A stretch of DNA of 64,000 bases from Desulfomonilia bacterium (GTDB lineage: Bacteria; Desulfobacterota; Desulfomonilia; UBA1062): contig JBEKDT010000007.1 of the NCBI GenBank assembly GCA_050014195.1, positions 150,793 through 214,792 on the forward strand. The letters run 5' to 3'. Of this stretch, positions 59,749 through 64,000 are shown one piece after another. Numbering within the stretch: position 1 is the first letter of the stretch; every line of letters begins with the position of its first letter. The notes under the pieces were generated by a model that worked only from the letters and a program-made list of their open reading frames with translations, had not been told where the DNA came from and made no database searches. A program made the translations under genes and the position numbers.

Positions 59749-59805
59749 AGCGAACGTTGTGGATCACCGGCGGCTTTAGCCGTCCGGTGGATTAACTTGT
59801 TCGGC
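59749..59805 (-). mobile_element. attC site
   Basis: GCCGAAC-AAGTTAATCCACCGGACGGCTAAAGCCGCCGGTGATCCACAAC-GTTCGCT. Confidence 0.85.
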
Positions 59806-59809
59806 TATT

Positions 59810-60517
59810 CTATTTATCTTTTAATTCGTTGATTTTTTGAAAGCTCTTGCAAGCATCAACTAAGCCTCCATTGCAAGCCTTTTCATAAAGTTCTTTTGCT
59901 GCAGAATAATTTCCGGATTTATACTCTAAGAAAGCCAAATTGTTGCATCCCATTAGAAATCCACCATTGCATGCTTTTATATATAGGTTCTTTGCAGCAG
60001 ATTCATTTTCTTTTTCAATTAAATACCCAAGGTTTGAACATGCTTCTAAACTACCGTTGTCACAACCCTTACTTAAATAAGCCACTTTTTCATCATCTTC
60101 CAACAAATCTGCAAGATCAGAACATGCTTGAGCTATATTTTCTTCGCAAGCTATCTTGTAATATTTTATCGCTTTATCTATATTTTGTAGTCTATATTCT
60201 AGGGCAGCCAAATTAATACACGTTTTCGGGTCACTTTCACAGGCAAGTTCAAAATATTCCCTAGCTTTTGTTTGGTTTCCCGCTGAAAGCTCTATTACTC
60301 CTAAATTACTACAACCTTCAGCTGACCCATTTTGGCATGCGATATTAAAATAATATTTTGCTTTTTCAATATTGCCTTTTTGTGACTCTGCGAAACCAAG
60401 ATCAAGCATATGGTCAATGTTAATAGTCTGAGTTTTCTTGGTAGTATGTGAACAAGATAGTAACAGTACAACACTGAAACAAAAAAGTGAACATTTTAAA
60501 ATGCTATAAAATTTCAT
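59810..60517 (-). CDS. Sel1-like/Cys-rich repeat lipoprotein (gene cassette)
   Basis: Lipobox LLSC; repeats of KAC-x-G-x3-C-x-NL. Confidence 0.85.
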   Translation of the reverse strand: MKFYSILKCSLFCFSVVLLLSCSHTTKKTQTINIDHMLDLGFAESQKGNIEKAKYYFNIACQNGSAEGCSNLGVIELSAGNQTKAREYFELACESDPKTCINLAALEYRLQNIDKAIKYYKIACEENIAQACSDLADLLEDDEKVAYLSKGCDNGSLEACSNLGYLIEKENESAAKNLYIKACNGGFLMGCNNLAFLEYKSGNYSAAKELYEKACNGGLVDACKSFQKINELKDK

Positions 60518-60531
60518 AAATTACCCTTTCA

Positions 60532-60595
60532 GCCGAACGCCGGGCATCAGCGGCGCGGGTGGCAGTCCGCGTCCGCCCGGATGCCATGGTTGGGC
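60532..60595 (-). mobile_element. attC site
   Basis: GCCCAAC-CATGGCATCCGGGCGGACGCGG...CCGCGCCGCTGATGCCCGGC-GTTCGGC. Confidence 0.88.
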
Positions 60596-60612
60596 TAGTT
60601 ATTGTTGATGGT

Positions 60613-61302
60613 TCACTTTTTAATTTTTACTTTTGTTTCTTTTAATTGGCGCGAGTTGGTAAGTTTATGTGCCTTGTAGTCTAACTCGTAAAGATAATTT
60701 AGAAGGTCTTGACATATCTCAATTGCAAGTCTTAACTCTTCTATAGATGGGGCTGATAATTCATGTGCAGCTTCATTTCCAATAAATCGTAGGCTATGAA
60801 GATTACTTACAATATTTTGAGGGAGCGGGATATTTATCATATTGTTGATTCTTTCTTCAAGATTACTGCCAGTGATTCCTTTATCTGCGCAGATGCCTTC
60901 AAGAAGAGCACGTATACCCAAAGCGCAAAGTACATTTAAACTATTATTGTATGCTCGAAGTGTTTCACGATAGATAACGGCTAGCTTTTTGGGTAACTGT
61001 ACAAAATACTTTTCTTTTACATGAAGGTTAGTTCGCTCAGGGTAATACTCCACGTCAGGTCTTGAAACATATTCATCATTTGTAGCATCAAATATATAAA
61101 ATTCTTCTAGGGTTCCTCTTTCACAGCCTGCACATACCCAAAATCTGTAACCGACTCTTTCGACGATGCCCAAAGAGCCGTCGGGATTGTAACCTGGATA
61201 ATCCCTATAATGCTCTCCTTTTAAGACATGGTTAGTTTCATTCCTGCACCAATTGCAAAAAATATACTTCTTCTCACTAGCGTTTTCAGAATTATTTGTC
61301 AT
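60613..61302 (-). CDS. DUF4145-like HEPN-fold protein with N-terminal Zn-ribbon (gene cassette)
   Basis: CNWC/CAGC; RALLEGIC; LRFIGNEAAH. Confidence 0.8.
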   Translation of the reverse strand: MTNNSENASEKKYIFCNWCRNETNHVLKGEHYRDYPGYNPDGSLGIVERVGYRFWVCAGCERGTLEEFYIFDATNDEYVSRPDVEYYPERTNLHVKEKYFVQLPKKLAVIYRETLRAYNNSLNVLCALGIRALLEGICADKGITGSNLEERINNMINIPLPQNIVSNLHSLRFIGNEAAHELSAPSIEELRLAIEICQDLLNYLYELDYKAHKLTNSRQLKETKVKIKK

Positions 61303-61327
61303 TGTATGATCCTCATTTACAAGCCCA

Positions 61328-62043
61328 ATCGGGATAGGGGGGAGTTTCACAACTCCTCCCCTCCCACACCACCGTGCATACGGGTCACGTACACGGCGGT
61401 TCGGCTGATTCAGTCAATGTCCCTTGAGACATTAACCGGAGTGTCACCCTTCCGATTCCCAGTGATGGTTTCATCCTCCGACTTTGCCGGAGACAGTTTT
61501 GCCTGCTTGCCAGATGCAATACCATCCCTCGTCACAGAATAACTGCTCCTCTCATTTAATCCCCTTCCAGGGGAACCGTTCGGGCCTTCAGTGGCAAGCC
61601 ACCTACTATGCCCTCTGCTGACTCCTGTACAGCGGTCAGACTCTCTCTCAAGAGCCTCAGTTCTTTCTCTCGGCTACAGGCTGACATTTGTCTTCTCCGT
61701 TTTCCGCCTGGTTTCCCGACGGTGCCACAATATTCCAGCCATACCATTCAAAGAACACTGTACAGGCCTCCCGGGGTAAGACACAGAGCTTTGTAGCGCG
61801 TAAACGCCGGATTTATAAAACGTACACAACTCACGGATGGAGGACTTTATCGTCACGTGCCGACTCGTCCCATGTACGTCACACCTCATATCCGGTTCCT
61901 GTTCGTCGCCCCGCGCTTTTGGATTAGACTTCCTTCAGACCCCACCTCACGATGACGCCCTTGCCCTTCTCCTAGCCTTCGGCTCCGTTTATACCTGGCG
62001 CGAGGACTCCCACCTCGCTAGTTCTGTGCCATGCCCGGCACAC
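61328..62043 (-). ncRNA. ORF-less group II intron (class C-like) inserted in an attC core
   Basis: 5' end GTGTGCCGGGCATGGC; DIII-like GGAGTCAGCAGAGGGCATAGTAG...GAAGGCCCGAAC; DV GAACCGCCGTGTACGTGACCCGTATGCACGGTGGTGTG; 3' end CCCTATCCCGAT; removal restores GT|TGGGC. Confidence 0.88.
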
Positions 62044-62099
62044 ACGGCGGGCATCAGCGGCGCGGCTCCGCCGCGTCCGCCTGGATGCCATTGTTCGGC
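62044..62099 (-). mobile_element. attC site (core completed at 61323-61327 beyond the intron)
   Basis: GCCGAAC-AATGGCATCCAGGCGGACGCGGCGGAGCCGCGCCGCTGATGCCCGCC-GT. Confidence 0.85.
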
Positions 62100-62117
62100 A
62101 TTTTTAGATGAAATAAA

Positions 62118-63008
62118 CTAAGCCCCACTGTAAGCCAATCTATTAGCCAGCCCTATTAATACATCAAAATCTTTTGTTCTTGGTGGACATGAGTTGTTTA
62201 GACCTGCTTGATGGCATGTAGTCAGAAGGTTATCAGCTTCAATAATACCTGGTGTAGAGAATTCAATGAATGCGCCTATCGATCTTTGATCAGACGTGTT
62301 TTGCCAGACATTCTTATTCTTAAAAATAAATGAGTCTACATGTCGATCTAATAACAATCCAATTTCTTGCACCGTGCTACCAATAATAAGACCATGTTCA
62401 GGATTAATTAAATCGGTGATTGATAGGGCTAGAAGACCTCGTGCAGAGGCAGGTGATTGGGCTGTCTTATATCTGGAATGAAGTTGCTTTAGAGCTTCCT
62501 TTATCCGTTTATTTACCTTATCAAAGGACTTGAGCCTCTTGCATTCTAGAAATATTTCTATTCCATTATAATATACAACTAAATCTGCTTTATCTCCGAT
62601 GTCAATTCTTAGGCCTGCTCGGCGACAACGTGAAGCCAGAAGAAGTTCGAATGCAATATCACGACTAGGATCAAAATTAGAAGCAGATGAACGCCCTTCT
62701 TTGCCAGATAAAATGAATTTAATCTTATCTTTAAGATCGGAAGAATATAAGTCTGATAAGCCTCTATGGATTCTCATAAGTTCCATAGCTTCAGAAAGCG
62801 CAGTTACTTGATATGGAAAATCTCGCTTGAATTGTGCTGTATCAAGTGTGCCATTTCGGTAGTAATGCGCAAGTTCATCAATACAATCCTTGTACTTGCG
62901 AATTCGTGTCACAGCCACACTGAAACCAAAGGATTCGAACCATTGGTATGCAGCGTTATACTGATCAGAAAGATCCGCGTAACTAGTCCGAGTGAACCCA
63001 GACTTCAT
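62118..63008 (-). CDS. Hypothetical cassette protein, possible PD-(D/E)xK nuclease fold
   Basis: FELLLA...KADL...LECKR; low GC; between two attC sites. Confidence 0.6.
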   Translation of the reverse strand: MKSGFTRTSYADLSDQYNAAYQWFESFGFSVAVTRIRKYKDCIDELAHYYRNGTLDTAQFKRDFPYQVTALSEAMELMRIHRGLSDLYSSDLKDKIKFILSGKEGRSSASNFDPSRDIAFELLLASRCRRAGLRIDIGDKADLVVYYNGIEIFLECKRLKSFDKVNKRIKEALKQLHSRYKTAQSPASARGLLALSITDLINPEHGLIIGSTVQEIGLLLDRHVDSFIFKNKNVWQNTSDQRSIGAFIEFSTPGIIEADNLLTTCHQAGLNNSCPPRTKDFDVLIGLANRLAYSGA

Positions 63009-63041
63009 ATTATAGGCCTTACTTACTATTTGTTATCTCCT

Positions 63042-63097
63042 GCCGAACGCCATGCTTCAACCGCGCTTTTAGCGTCGGCTGGAAGCATTGGTTAGGT
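63042..63097 (-). mobile_element. attC site
   Basis: ACCTAAC-CAATGCTTCCAGCCGACGCTAAAAGCGCGGTTGAAGCATGGC-GTTCGGC; overlaps the stop codon. Confidence 0.88.
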
Positions 63098-63876
63098 TTG
63101 TTTTTTATCCCACTCCGAAGCACCAACCCCATAGAAACTAGAAAGTCGCCCAACCTCATATGTTCCTTGCATCATTGCAATCAGATCAAAACCAAACTGT
63201 GAAAAAAACGGTTCAGCCCACATTAACATTGATCCAATATGTTGATTAACCGACACCTGTACAGATTGTGCAATTCCTAAATTGAGAAGCGATTGTTTGT
63301 CATGCCCAATAGTACTTTCGATTGGAGTCTCAGATCGAAGCAAAGATATTCTACCCGTGAGTGCCTTATCGTGCCCCTCACCTCTTAGAATTACCCCACC
63401 AAAGAACCCGCGGAGTTCAATCCCCGAAATCACTATACTAAGTGCAGTTTCACTAAATTGATTATCTTTCTTTAAATTAAAGAAAACTAAACCGCAAGCG
63501 AAGTTTGTTGAAAGATGCAGCTTATATTTTTCTTGAGGATTATCTGGTCCACCCATAAGGGGTAATAGGTCCTTTAGATGCTCCATTGCATTTACCACGG
63601 TCGTAGAAGAAAAATTAGATTTTACCTCCAAAACACAACGGACATATTCAACTGGTATGGCAAGAGACCGACCTTGAGAAGAAACATCAGGAAAATCCTC
63701 AACCCAAAGAATGGGAGACTCAAGTTGGTCATAGATTATTATGTCGAAATGAGGTGTTTTATCGCCGCTCTTTAATCCAGTGGAAACAATATATCCAGAA
63801 GTAATACCATATCTTTTAGGCAAAAAACTTGCGAGCCACTTTCTAAATTCAGCCTCCGCTACTTTACCATGGAAAG
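63092..63876 (-). pseudogene. Restriction-endonuclease-like (DUF6602-like) cassette gene, 5' part separated by an IS insertion
   Basis: HGKVAEAEFRKWL...HFDIIIYD...VLEVKS; the ORF-track N-terminus lies inside the IS end. Confidence 0.65.
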
Positions 63877-64000
63877 TGATGTTCCCCAAGAAAAGTGGAC
63901 CACTATTTGTATTACCTTGCCAGTGCTTCATATTCAACAGGGGAACAGTAATTGATCCCCGAGTGTATCCGTTTCCTGTTGTAAAAATGGGTGATATATC
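63877..64000 (-). mobile_element. IS3-family element, right end (continues beyond window)
   Basis: Terminal TGATGTTCCCCAAGAAAAGTGGAC resembles the IS3 inverted repeat; minus strand reads YITHFYNRKRIHSGINYCSPVEYEALAR*. Confidence 0.85.

Noticed and set aside
61228-62121. Short ORFs inside the intron
   Set aside because: No RT motifs such as YADD; they are chance frames over structured RNA.
57281-63097. CRISPR array or REP repeats
   Set aside because: Repeats are separated by whole genes, vary in sequence and have AAC...GTT ends, which fits attC; no cas genes.

Overview
Bacterial DNA, by gene content most like an anaerobic Desulfobacterota/deltaproteobacterium (inference). There are three blocks. 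(1) About 1-26.2 kb is an accessory island of thiol/methionine redox genes: two exported MsrAB, an Lpd-like flavoprotein, an ArsS-like radical SAM, OsmC, thioredoxin, a Crp/Fnr regulator with a perfect FNR box, a FadL porin and a FAD/Fe-S oxidoreductase. It also carries three histone-like genes, an IS3 remnant, RecD2 and a phage-type initiator with iterons, and it ends at a tRNA 3'-end fragment (most like tRNA-Sec) flanked by an IHF site and arm-like repeats. Three genes in it are missed or split by the ORF track because they contain an in-frame UGA followed by a SECIS-like hairpin, so they are probable selenoproteins. (2) About 26.5-52.8 kb is mostly core metabolism: ABC-F, acetyl-CoA hydrolase/GNAT, membrane PPase, a LarA/IclR/HgdAB-C-type cluster, two acyl-CoA ligases, gatCAB, mtnA, glpD and an FGGY kinase. 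(3) About 52.9-64 kb is a minus-strand integron gene-cassette array with about 9 intact or partial attC sites and no intI in view. It holds two toxin-antitoxin cassettes, putative nuclease/HEPN cassettes, an ORF-less group IIC-like intron inserted exactly in an attC core, and an IS3 end disrupting the last cassette. All calls come from motif recognition by eye; no searches were run.
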